Source: Phoronis australis
Lineage: Eukaryota; Animalia; Phoronida
Length of the DNA stretch: 64,000 nt
Direction of reading: 5' to 3'
Assembly: GCA_002633005.1 (NCBI GenBank)
Contig: NMRA01000275.1
Location: 165,336 to 229,335, forward strand
This document shows, piece by piece, positions 1 through 13,000 of the stretch (positions are counted from its first letter, which is position 1; the number at the start of each line of letters is the position of its first letter). The translations under genes were made by a program, and so were the position numbers. The notes under the pieces are model-generated. The model was not told where the DNA came from and did not search any database. It saw only the letters and a list, made by a program, of their open reading frames with translations.

Positions 1-188
1 TGGAGAGAGAATGATCAAATCCAGTAACTAATGTATCAATATATTTCATAACCGACAACCACTAATTAAAACAAGTGAAACTTGCTGTTAAACAACAAGG
101 AAGGATAGTAACTTCTCTAGCGCCCTCTGTAGGGATAATTTCAATCAGTTAATAATAAATAATCAAACGTCTTATCTGCAATCTAAGC

Positions 189-790
189 TGTAGAACTCGA
201 CACTCGTTGGATTACAGTCCTGTTAGTCGTTCGTTGTACTAACGCACACTGTACTGCAACAGTGTACTTGCTGGTCACAGTCCCTCGTGACGCAACACGC
301 GTAGGCAGTATCTTACTACTCACGATTCTTTTTGCTGGCCACAGCCCCTTGTGACGCAACACGTGTAAGAAGCATCTTACTATACCTACGATGCTCTTGG
401 TTAACTTCCTGTTCGTTAACCCTTGCCCTTGCCAATACCTTCTTTGGAATCTTCCGCGAGATGGCTCTGTTATACTATTTCTTCAGTGTATTGAAGCAAG
501 TCTCATAGCCTCAACAACCAAATTCCATCTGGCTATTTCCAGAGTTCTGCCCAAGTTATAATAATGCACTTACTTAGCAATTGGCTAATATAAACCACAT
601 GACCATATAATTGGCTGATCTCAGAAACTTCTAGAATTCTCCCAGTGCATTGACCTCATATGAAAAGAAGTGAACATCACCTAACGTGCATGTAGATATC
701 AAAAGTACGTGTAAACAAATTTGACCCCATGGTTTTATAAGTACCTGCACAAACTTTGGGCAACTTCAGTGGAACTCTCTACTAGTTACA
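189..790 (-). mobile_element. Probable solo LTR
   Basis: TGTAGAACT...AGTTACA termini, flanks TAAGC/TAATC (4/5 TSD match), internal ~64-bp direct repeat (268-385), minus-strand CCAAT and TATA-like motifs. Confidence 0.45.
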
Positions 791-909
791 TAATCAATAT
801 TGATTCTGACATAGAGTTTCAGTTGTGAACTCCTAAAATTTAAATACTCCAATTTTATGACATTGCAGCTAAGTTCAAACCTAGTTGGTTACTCCGTTTT
901 CCGTTACAG

Positions 910-1006
910 CTCCACCAGTTCCGGAACCACCCACTGTGTTACAGCAAACTGGAAGCACGTTGACATTGAATTTACCTACTGTGGATGGAGACGCTGGTCC
1001 AATAAA
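910..1006 (+). CDS. RPTP exon, FN3-like strand ([31 protein letters not shown])
   Basis: ttacag acceptor, gtacag donor; joins in phase with 1976 to give GPINGYYIVV, typical of RPTP membrane-proximal FN3 repeats. Confidence 0.8.
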
Positions 1007-4000
1007 GTACAGAATAATGGTTTTGTAGTAGACTTGTAACTGAAATGCAATGTATACAGTCAGGTCCAATGTCTTGGGTTGGGCTCTTTACGGATGGATA
1101 TTTTTCAGAAACGCAATATCGCATTAACCTGAGGCATGATCTCGCTAATGTTTGGAAAGCAAGCAGCTAGTTGACCTTATTGTCTTGATGCTGAAGAATC
1201 AGGTGGCAAAATGTTGAATCGTGGGAGTAATTGGTACTTGAGCACCCAAAGGTCGCTAATGTTCAATCAATCAAGAAATTTTACTGCTAATATTTCCGAT
1301 TTTTTATCGTGAATGAGCACTTCCCAGGTTTGATCAGTTTCGCATGCTTTGTGTTCACAGTACAGCAAATGAACTTTACCTTATATCGAACTTTACGTTT
1401 ATTGGGCTATCATGAACCAAGCTGTCTAGTACTATTGGCTTATCACAATCAACCTATTACTTAAGTTTGTCTCACGAGTGCTGTTTAAAACGGCTGTAAT
1501 TTCGCATTTAGTTGTAAAAAATTACTTTATACTTTGATCATTTTACGTGGTCTCAACTTGTTCCTTACTCTGATGATGAAATGATTTCTGGCAGTTTCGT
1601 GAGACCTTGTTCGGCGCTTAAAATTGCAGTATACATCCAGTGTCTCAAATTTGACAGGATCCCCTGTGCAATTCATTTTTTCCAAAATATGATAAATGCG
1701 CGGGGATTCTGTTATACTAGACTGTATATGCATATGATAACATCGTACAAATAATTGATGAATATTGGATCGAATGACCGTGCATGTCGATAAAAAATTG
1801 GTGGAAACCATACCCATTTCGATACCACAATCAACGAAAACTATGTCCATTTCAGCAACACATGTGCACTGACACATACCATGGGAAAAACACCTGAGGA
1901 TAGCAATTATGGCTTGCAGCTTAAAACTTGTGAAGACGAAGAGTACACAAAGGCATTATCTTATTTTTATTTTAGTGGCTACTATATTGTTGTTGACCGT
2001 GTCATCGAAATGGAGGTACAGCGTAATAAACGGTATTCAGATTACAAAACAATACCTGCTTTTAACGGGACTACATTAGTTGGCTACTCGAAGGCGCAAA
2101 AAAGTAACCTAAGCTTCTACGTTACCGCAAAACTAAGCGAAGAACACATGGACTCCTCTACCGAGTTTACTGTAGGAGATGACATGATATACGGAGGCTT
2201 CCACAACATTCCGTTGGAGGTGGGCAGCTACGTGATCTACTATGGCGTGTCCAGCGCGGCTAATAATGTGAGTTTTTAGGAGGACAGCATTTATCATTTA
2301 GTATTTGATATGTTAGAATTTTGAGGTGCAATGAGATGAAAATCATGGAATAACACGCAAGAAGCACTCAAAGCTTTCCATGAACACGTTTGCATTCTTC
2401 GCGAGCTGGAATTTAAATTTCGTTTTTGTTGTAATTCTTTGCATATGACGACTATTCAAACATCAATATTTCATTCATATTGGGCAGGCGGATTTAGGGG
2501 GGGGTCCAGGGGGCCCGCCCCCCCCCCCCCCTTTGGCTAAAATTCGAATAAAATTTCGAATTGTAATACACTAAACTGTTCTCGACACCATCCGTTCATA
2601 AATTCGCCACACCTTGTATGTTTACGCTTTTTTCGAATACCATACTTAAAAAAATTCTCTCTTGTCTCAGGTTGTGAAGTACTCTTTTACTCGAATGCCG
2701 GGTAAAGTGTCGTTAGCTCCATCAACAACTGCCTCTGAAAAATCAGCGCTCAGCATGAACACCATTATATACATTATTGCTGCTGGATCTGCGTTCATCA
2801 TTTTTTTGGTCGCTGTCATCATAATTGTTATTTTCAGGTACTGTCTTTTCTTTATTACTCTTTTTCTGTTGGTCTGCTGTCAAAGTAGACATTCCTCACA
2901 ATTAAGCATTTTCCATCGGAAATCGTATTTAAACAATTTATTTTGTTGCAGTATTTTTTCTTAGAACTCTCATTTGCATCTTGATAATATGACTCACTAA
3001 GAATTGGAAGCTACCATTCATGTATGTACAGAATATTAGTTAAACATTGAAATCGTTTGTTTGAAATCGTTTGTGTCGGCTGAATGTGAAAGTAATGTTC
3101 CTATTGTAGACGGAAACGCCAGGGGAGACATAATATTAGTAAGACGGAGTTCCATGAGGCAAATGTTCCATTAACAGCAATTGCTTCATCCCCGTCCGTT
3201 CACAGTAAGTTGGTTGCCTTATTCCTCTCAAGTAGTTCACCCACATTTGGCTAATTTATGTGGGTGCATATCATTGCTGTCTTCTCTGTCTTGGCCTCCT
3301 ATGCCGTATTTAATAAATCCCCAGCAGAATCTTGATGAGATTTAGCATGCGTTCGTTCTTCATGATGCTGACGACACAAAACGGCGACTTTCGATCTGAT
3401 ATGAATACTGTTGTACCCCCTAGTGTCAATTTAAAAATTTTATGTTTACCTCTGTAAATCCGGAGGGATGGTTTTTCACAGGTTTCTATTTACGAGACGA
3501 TGACGCTTTCCAAATTTCGGACGGCTTTGTCGTATGTTGCGCCGCCTGGTAGCCATTTCATTATTTTCGAGTTCGTTTTAGTGTCCGTTTTTCTATCCAT
3601 CATCATTATCAAAACTGGAAATATATTCCTGCCGAGAAAAGTGCGGCTGAATTTGATTTTTACACGAGCCGATTGCTGTAACTTTTCCTATTGACGGTTT
3701 CATTTTTTGAGTGTGTGACTTTACCCCCATTAAAACTTTACAGGTTCTTTGTAAAATTTCCCAAGTATTCTTGTGACAATGTGTGACTGCGACTTTAGGA
3801 ATGATTCGACTACCACTGTGCCCTCTTGTGATAATTTTATTTTTGCGTTTACGTCTGTAGCCTCAAGGTTCCTAGACAGATTTTCATGAAATTTGCTATA
3901 TGGACTTCTATGAAGGAGACAACACGGCTAGCAGTCATTTTAATTATTTTCTAATCCGTTTTTAGCGTCCACCTCTCTATCCGACGAGCTGCTCAAAGGA

Positions 4001-7000
4001 TCATTAAGAGACTACTGTTAATAGCACGTGACATTGATTTTCGTATCTGTCTGAGGCTCCCCCTAGTGACAAGTTTGTTTATTTTTGCGAGCACAGCTTT
4101 ATCTCTGAAACTCCTTGCATGATTTTTATGAAATATTACAAGTGTATCTCCATGAACGTGACAACAGATAACAATTTCTTTTTGATGGCTCTGTCTCTAC
4201 TGTACGTCATAGTGGCGATTCTATTTCTTACGTTTGCCACTGTATCTCCCAACTTCTTGGACGGATTTTAATGAAATTTGACAAATAGGGTTTTATTAAG
4301 GAGGCAATAAAGTCTTTCCAATTTTGTGCTGATTTTACTTATTCTGCGCTACGTAGTGGACTGTTTTTGTTACTTGGTCCCTAGTGATATGAGCATGAGT
4401 GTGCCTTCATTAGCATGGACATGGTTGAGCAGGGTTATCAACACGAGTGTTCCTTCAATGCCACGGTCATGTTTAAGCAGGCTTACAACTATTATAATAC
4501 CTTGAACAGCGTGGTCAAGGTTAAGCAGTGTTATCACCGTTATAATGCTTTCAATAACGTAGTCATGGTTTAATAGGGTTACCCACACAGGTCTACCTTC
4601 AATGCGATGGTCGTGGTTGAGCAGGTTTATCAACATCAGCATGGGCGAATCCAGGATTTGAGTTAGGGGGGGGGGGCCAGGGCAGAGTATTAGCCAGGAT
4701 TTTGCCTGTCAGACATTGGCACTCCCAAACTGCCCAGTGGAATCTTGGAGAATTTTAGGGGGGGCATGGCCCCCTTGGCCCCCCTCTTAATCCGCCTCTG
4801 ATCAGTGTACACATAACAACTGCATTGATTCTGTTGCCACATCAGTAATTTCAATTGTAGAAAATGTGAGACCCTTGTCTTGACCTTTGTCTTCTGAGCT
4901 TTTTCCATAACAAAAAACGGCACTGAGAAAAAGAGCACGATCTAAGACTAGTCTACCGAGATGAGTTAGCTTGCTATACATCTTCAGGAAAACAGTCAGA
5001 ATTATGACTGTTACATAGCAATGCAAGTTGTCAACGTTGTGGCTATTAGCGTACAATTTACTTCAACTTCAATATCCCTGTCACCATCTTGTCACCATCT
5101 TGTTACTCCATATTCCTTAAATGCATCAAGGTTGGTACCTGCGCATCAAACACTGTGAGATCTCGTGAGCTACTTGCGAGCCAACTATACTGAATATGCC
5201 AGTTTTGACTTTTCCAAGTGGCCACAGGTTAACTGGTCTTGAAGAAAGGAAAATATATCTGTACTATTTTTTCAGCTCATAACTGCGAAGGTGTGTTTGA
5301 GAACGTCGAGGGTGGCTTCAACTGGCAAAAGATTATTCCAGTGTCGTTCCTACCGGAATACCTGAAAACAATGAAAAGTAATGATTCGTATTCGTTCGTT
5401 GAAGAGTTTCAGGTAAGTTATGAACAAATAAAGTGAGATGATGTGGAACATTTGTTTAAATAAGCGATCAAACATGCAAGTGTCACTGCTGATTCATGTA
5501 TATGGTAATGGCTATTGTGTATTTATCATATTCTAAATTTTCTTGTGCTTTAATTAAATTCTAAACTGAAGTGTGTTATCGGTTTGCACCTTTCTAGTTA
5601 TTGCTCTTTTGTAAAAAATATTTTAACGTTTTCAACTCAGGAATTAACGCAGGGCCTTTCCTTCTCTTGGGATTCTCCCCGTCATCCAGACAATCTCAGT
5701 AAAAATAGCTGTGGAAAGATTGCTTCTCGTAAGTATATTTTTAAAAACTTAAAGTATATTAACATGTACTGTAGTACCTCCTGTTGGTCGTTGGTGTTTG
5801 TGTCAAATTGTCATTGCTCATCCGTCAGAGGTGTATGTTGGGAATGTGCCAACACTTGTCGATTTCCCAGTCGCTGTTCGTCAGATTGAACTTCTGTGGC
5901 ATTCCTGTTGGCCATCTGACAAGGGGTTCATCACGCTGTATTGTGGAAATGCGCCCCCACCTGTACATTTTAGAAAGGAGTCGACTACACCAGAATCGTC
6001 TCTGGCCGCTCTAGTTTCGTCCACGAGGTTTTCCTTGTCTGTCGATTGGCCTAACAGCTTGACATGTTTTGATGAATTTAAGCCACAGGTTTATACCTAG
6101 GATGAACCGACATCTGTCGACTTCTGTACCATATCCAGTGGAACGTTTTAGTTTTGACATTATGTTATTATTTAGCGAATAATCATAGTCAAAATGGCTT
6201 GCCGTGATGTGTTCCTGCTGAGAAGGCCACGGCTGACGTTGATTTACTGACGGGTGTGACTACTGAGGCGCCTTCTTGTGGCAGCTGCATCTCTTAACCT
6301 CTTACAGGATCTTCGTGAACTTTGACAAGTGTATAAATGTGTGGCTTGCTGACCAAACTTAAAACTGTTTGCTTTTGGCGGATCTGACTACCGCTGTCCC
6401 CCTAGTGCGGTTTTTATTTACGTTTGGCTTGCAGCATTTCATGGAATTCAGCAAACAAGTTACTATTAAAGAGACGACACAACCTGTCTATCTTCTGGCC
6501 GGTTAGACGTATATCGCACTATCTAATTACCTGTTTCATTATCTTCAGTTTTGTTTTTTGTGTCAGCCTCTTTGACCACCGAACTAGTCAAAGGGTCATT
6601 ACGAAAATTGGCGGTTTTCTTACTGACAACAGCACGACGTACCTTCGTTTTGTATAAGTTCGACTACTGTGGCGCCTTCAAGTAGCAACTTTATTATTTG
6701 CATCCGTAGGTATTTCTCCTGAACTCCTTTCAGGGAATTACTATCAGCAGATAGCATCTCCCTTCGAAAGGAGCCGACTATCTCTGTGCCTCATAGTGGC
6801 ATATCTATTTTTACGCTTTGCTCTTCCGAGTTCGTGGGCGGATTTTTATGAAAATCGGCAAACAAGTTTTCATCCGGAAGACCACGAGGTCTTCCCATTT
6901 TTGGATGGGTTTGACATCTGCGCGACTTCTTCGCCGTCTTTGATACAAGTAAACAACCCTAGTACCGGTATATGATTTGCAGTGCAGTATCACGCTCATA

Positions 7001-10000
7001 TCAACGCTTTGCGTTGCTTTTTGATGTCATGTAAGTTTATAAAGAGGAGTTACCAACATACTTATGCCAATTCTGACAATTGCAGCTACCCCTTGAGGTG
7101 AAATTGTCTCCTAGTCTCTTACATGCGCCAGATAAACACTCCTAGAAACATACGGTTTGCGCTGCACTATGGATGCTAACAATTTCTTTACGATGTTCTT
7201 GTTTAAAAAATCATATTCAAAGCAAAAGTCACTGTTTTCACAAAACAATAATTGTAACCGATTGTGCGACATTTCAAGGCAGACTTTGTATTCAAGATTC
7301 AGACAAAAAACACTTTTTGTGAAATGAAAATGGACGTTTAAAATGTTATTTGATGATATTTGAAAGAACTTCAATAAGGTTGGCACTATTACTTCAAGCT
7401 AATTTTTTCGAATTTTTTGTTTCAGACGATCAATCACGAGTAGTTCTCAACAAAATCGTAGGTGAGCCCGTGTCCGATTGCATAGACGCCAGCTACATTG
7501 ATGGTTATTGCAAGTCAAAAGCATACATTGCCACACAAGGTAAATTAAAAAAATTCGGTTATGTTATATTGATTATACAAAAAATGAAATTCCGCTCTCA
7601 ATATCTAGTCTCCTTTTACTTCTGGCAACACTCCCCATTTACATTCCAGGCAATGTTTAGTTGAGAGATGTGTCAAACAGTCTGACTCATTTCATTGATC
7701 ATAAATTCTACTCAATTGTACAGAGTTGCTGATGGCAGCGGTATGTCTCAAAAGACAATTTATATGCGCCCTCTGTCATTCATTGGTTGGATTACAGCAT
7801 AGGATGTGACTAAAAGGTCCGATTTTGGAGCGATAGGCACTGTATTGCATACCAACAGTTGTATTAGTTTTTGGCCACAGTAGTGTTGAAGTTTAAAATA
7901 ACCATACTGATGAAGAAATTCATTGTAAACCTATGTTTTGCTATATTGGCTATCTTCAGGTGAGTACAGGTAAAACATTGAATGTGAAAATATGAGATCA
8001 CTTAAACATAATGCACACGAGAATACAAACAATATGTTTCTAGAGATTCAGGTTGAAAGAGGTATGGTTGGTGTTCATTGAATAGCGAGACAGGTGCTCA
8101 TTCATTACAAGAAATTTAAGAGCTTTACTTGGAAAGTGTTGTTGGCACAATACTTGGAGCGGGAAGCTTTGTATTTTGTTCATATTTTATTGCGAAGTGT
8201 TGTTGCACAAGATATCTTCAAGTGTCAGCCAGGTTTCGTGACCTTGACCTGATTTTCAGTCATGATGGTAATTGTTGGTCCTACATCACATCATGCACTC
8301 TATAAAACTTCATTCTTATAGCCAAATTCTTATATATCTTGGAAATGATGTGCTGTAAGATTATCTTTACACAAATTTTAAAAAATAAACTTGCTATCTT
8401 AAAATCCATGCATCCGAGGCGGTAAGATAATACTTAGTCACCCTGTCACCAGTGCATGTTCACTTTTGCGCTGTAGTTCAACTGTCTTCCAATCTGAACA
8501 TTTGATGTTTGACCTGTACTCACCTGCAGATAATTAGTAGCCAGTAGAGCAAAATCGAGTGTTTTACAATGAAAATCCCCGTTATTGTTGTTATTTTTAA
8601 ATTCGTTTCAGACAATAACCATTTTGTTGCAATCCTAACTAGTCGTTGCTAAGTGCGAGCGGGCCTTTACACAAACACACAACAAATGCTAGTAATTTTG
8701 AATTCTTGTCAACGAATTTCAAGGCGTTTTCTAAGGGCTGTATTCATTTGACTCGACAGGACCAAAACTGGAGACAGTTGATGACTTTTGGAGGATGGTG
8801 TGGCAAGAAAATTGTAGATCGATCGTGATGTTGACAGAACCGAAAAATGGACAGGTATCTGGGTTAATGCTTAGGGCAACCATTTTTTATGAAATCTGAA
8901 GTGGTTTTGTCATTCAATGTAACAATGTCTCATGCTACAATGTGTATCTCCGTAACTCCATGATGCACTACAAAGCAAGTACCATGCATATTACTTTATT
9001 CACTTGGATGTATCCAAACTAATGGGTTTTAAAAACAACTTTGCTTTCATATAGTCGTTTGCACCAATGCTTCATGTACAGATGCAGGCAACTGTCATTA
9101 AACATTTGATATTAAATCGAATATAAGTCAATGTCTACCTCTCTGTAAAGGATAAGTTTAAATTCACTCACACACTACATGTGTATTTATAAAATGTGCT
9201 CCTTGTTTTGTTTTTTTTTTTGTTTCACGTATATACGCATGTGCTTACTTGTGGATACAGACACAGCTTCACAGGTACAGAGGTCGATGCACGCCCATAA
9301 ACGGAATTACCGATTTACATCTTGAGTCTACCAAAATGAAAAGATGCCTATACGTCATCTAGTTGGTTATATTCCTTGAACTATGACTTCAACTGCTCTA
9401 GCACACATAATCAACAATTATGTTCACTTTTTTTCTTTGTTACAAAACGATGAAAACAGTGAGTTGGTGGGTATGTAAACACTGAGCAAGTATTTGAAAT
9501 CTCACTCAATTAAAATAGCATTCATACTTGTATTGTGTCCCAGGCAAAATGTGAACAGTACTGGCCAGACCATTATAACACGTACTGGGCACTTGAAGTG
9601 AGTCACCTTCGGACTGAGAAAAAACCCGACTACACCGTTCGCTCCTTCGACGTCTCCAAGGTGAGCCGTCTATTCAGTATGCAAAAATGCTTCAAGCAAT
9701 TTTTATGAGTTCAAAAGTTGCGTGAGCCTGTGTTGATATAGGCCACTGTCATATGAGCCTGTATTGATATAGGCCACTGTCATATGAGCCTGTGTTGATA
9801 TAGGTCACTGTCACATGAGCCTGTATTGATATAGGCCACTGTCATATGAGCCTGTATTGATATAGGACACTGTCATATGAGCCTGTATTGATATAGGTCA
9901 CTGTCATATGAGCCTGTATTGATATAGGACACTGTCATATGAGCCTGTATTTATATAGGTCACTGTCATATGAGCCTGTATTGATATAGGCCACCCTCAT

Positions 10001-13000
10001 TCAATCAGTCTATTCTTCATCATCACCATGCAGAAATGAAATGAAAATGGCGTCCAGTAAGCTTTCTATTGTTGCATGGTGCAATATATATTATATATAA
10101 ATTCGATGTACCATATGACAACTGTGCGACAGCGCCCAAAAATACATTGCTTCCCTGTGAACGTCTTTGGTGTATTAATGCAAATCTTCCTCATTCTGAA
10201 TTGCTTGTGAAGTTCCTACCTCTTAAATAATAATTTCCGACCGTTTTTTGTTAATGCTCTCCATGCATATTCCTTATAGGGGAGGGATTCCAGATCCATA
10301 ACCCAGTATCAGTTTGACCTGTGGACGGACAATTGCACTGCTGAATTTGCTACATCATTGTTGGCATTCAGACGTAGGCTGATGTCAGACAATCCTCCCG
10401 AAAGCGGACCGATTGTGGTCCATTGCAGGTACTACATATATAATACACGTGCATAAAAGAAGCCTCTTTGAAATGCTCATTGTTGAAAATCCAGAGGCAA
10501 CGGCAGAAATAATTGGAGGTTTTTGCCTAACCACTAGCTGTCACGTTCGTCATGCGATAGTAGATGAAGGTTTTGGAAGACATTAATTGGAGTTATGAAG
10601 TTTGTGATTAAATCATTGACGGTTTGAGAATTGACGCATGATGCTAAAACTTGTTTACGACTGTTGTGCATATGGACGCTCGTAGCATTCTCTCAGGCTC
10701 TTGGAATACCCATGTGCCGGATACCTGTTGTGCGAAAGTTGGAACACATTTTATGGCGCTCCCACGTTGTAAATCTCTTGCAAAAATTGGTAAATGTCAC
10801 GCGACCTTAGAATAATTTTGAATACAAACAATACTTTGCGACTTGAAACTTCAACAAGCAGTTACTCTGACCATAGATTTTCTGATTTCGTGGACGGTAC
10901 TCCAAGATCTTTTGTGCTAAGCAAAATGCTCAGCTTGGGAAATTCCAACGCATTTTCAAGTCATAAAAGGCGAGTTATGTTTTTTGGCTGTCAAAAGGTG
11001 CAGCGTGTGAAAATGCAGTACTTTTCAAATTAGTGGAATGTGAAAGACGGACATGTTATGGACAAAACAAAGTGTGGATTGCAAAGTTAAAATATCATCC
11101 AAATAAAACGGGAAGATGGTCTCATCGTAATTGTACACATAAGATGGATTATCGTCGTCTTACAGCTTTCTTGATTGTCACATTGCGCAATATTCCAGGT
11201 AATGGTTTTGATCATGTATAGTATTTTCTTTCATTTTTGTAGTACTGGTGTGGGAAAAACAGGTTCTTTCATTACAATTGATGCTATGTTGGAACAAGCC
11301 AAACTGGAAGAAGCCATTGATGTTTTTGATTACGTCAAAAAGATTTCCCAGCAACGTATTGGTATGGTGCAAACACAGGTTCGTTAATTTATAATAAAAC
11401 TAGTTTCCAGTCTTAATCATGTGAGTGCAGCTGCTGTAAACGTGCTTTCTGTGAAAGAAACTAAATTTTGATTTAGGCCACCAGCCATTATATACTAGTC
11501 TAACTTGTAACTTAGTGAGATTAGAAGTAATTTCCTTAGAAAAAAATTGGCATCTTTTTATTGCCAACTTCCTACAAGCTTGTTTGACCTGGCTGGTTAT
11601 TTTTTTACCCCATTATGATCTCAGACAATTGCCAAGTGCCAGTCCTTCACAAGCTCAGATATAACTTCTAATTATTGAAAGGAGCCAAAGTCGTGATCAG
11701 TAGAACAATAGTCGCATAAATCAACCATCAGTTGTTTTTGCCAGAAGGTGGGTTTGTTCTACCCTTAAATGTGTCAAGCCAACAGTGTGACAAACCAAAT
11801 ATTTTATGTACATTTAGGCACAGTATGTCTTCATTCACGATGTGCTTGCCGAAGCACTTGTTTTTGGCGACACCTGTTACGAAGTCAAAGTAGTGGCAGA
11901 AAAGTTTGATCAACTTNGCCTCCACTGGGGGCGCCAGTATGCTTGTGACGTCAGTGGACAAAAGGGGAATTGGCCAACATTCACCATTCTGCCACAGCAG
12001 CCGACCAATATCAGCAGACGACGTACTTGCCGGAAATAACACCAGATAGTTGGGCCAGGTGTCGCTAGTGAATAATGACGTAACGATGTGAGGATGAGCA
12101 CATATTTCGTCCATTGAAACTATACCGAGTTGGTGGTCCATGTATTACGGTCCATGCTCTGACAAATTTAGCACTTACTTAGGAATGGGTTGGCACCAGT
12201 CGATTTTTTGACAAATTTGGCGACCGTGGCACCCCCTGATGGCCGTTTTAGTTTTCGACAGGAAATTCCTTGTTCAGCAGTTTTTGGAGAATTATTTGAC
12301 ACAGCAGTATATGATGGGAATATACAGCAGCAAATTGATTTTTGGGCGGTTTTGACTACGATAAAACTTGTTAAGTTTTGTGTGAGTGGAGACTCCCGGC
12401 AGCGCAATTCCATATTGACCTAATCAAGCAATCAAATTCAGCAACCCTCGTCGTGACGTCCCACGACTCAACCCAACGTAACATCAGTTTGAGAATGGAT
12501 GCCGAAGAGGGGATCCCAAAATGTGAGAATACGAACCTATCCAATCAACATATGTACCAGGCAGGTGCATTTTTATTGATGTTAGAAACGTTTTTCATAC
12601 TGAGGGTGCAGTTCTAATTGCATTAAAATGCTCACTACATTATTTTTAGAGTGGCATATGTTGATCTCAGTACTGATTTTAAAGCCGGACCTTGAATTAG
12701 AAACACCTTGTATTTTTTGAAGTATGTATTTCCACACCCATGTGACAATGTCACGATGAATTGCTTCAATGATAAAATTTTAGAGGTTTTTTATTTAAAC
12801 GAAATGATCGTGTTTCTGAACTGTTACATTTTGTGTTTAGAGGTGATTCCAGTTACTAAAATATTCTACAGCGGATTACGTGAGAAAGTGCAACTGGTTT
12901 GGTAATATAGAATAGTACATTTTGCTATTTGTGATAGTGATCTGCATCAGTGATGATTTCTATTAGTTTTTTTCACATCTGGTTTTATGTGGTTGTTTTT

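Noticed and set aside
1527-1877. 116-aa minus-strand ORF in an RPTP intron
   Set aside because: No recognisable domain or splice pattern; a length expected by chance or from decayed repeat sequence
9723-9994. 31-bp repeats as a CRISPR or coding repeat
   Set aside because: Head-to-tail with no spacers, and 31 is not a multiple of 3; an ordinary minisatellite
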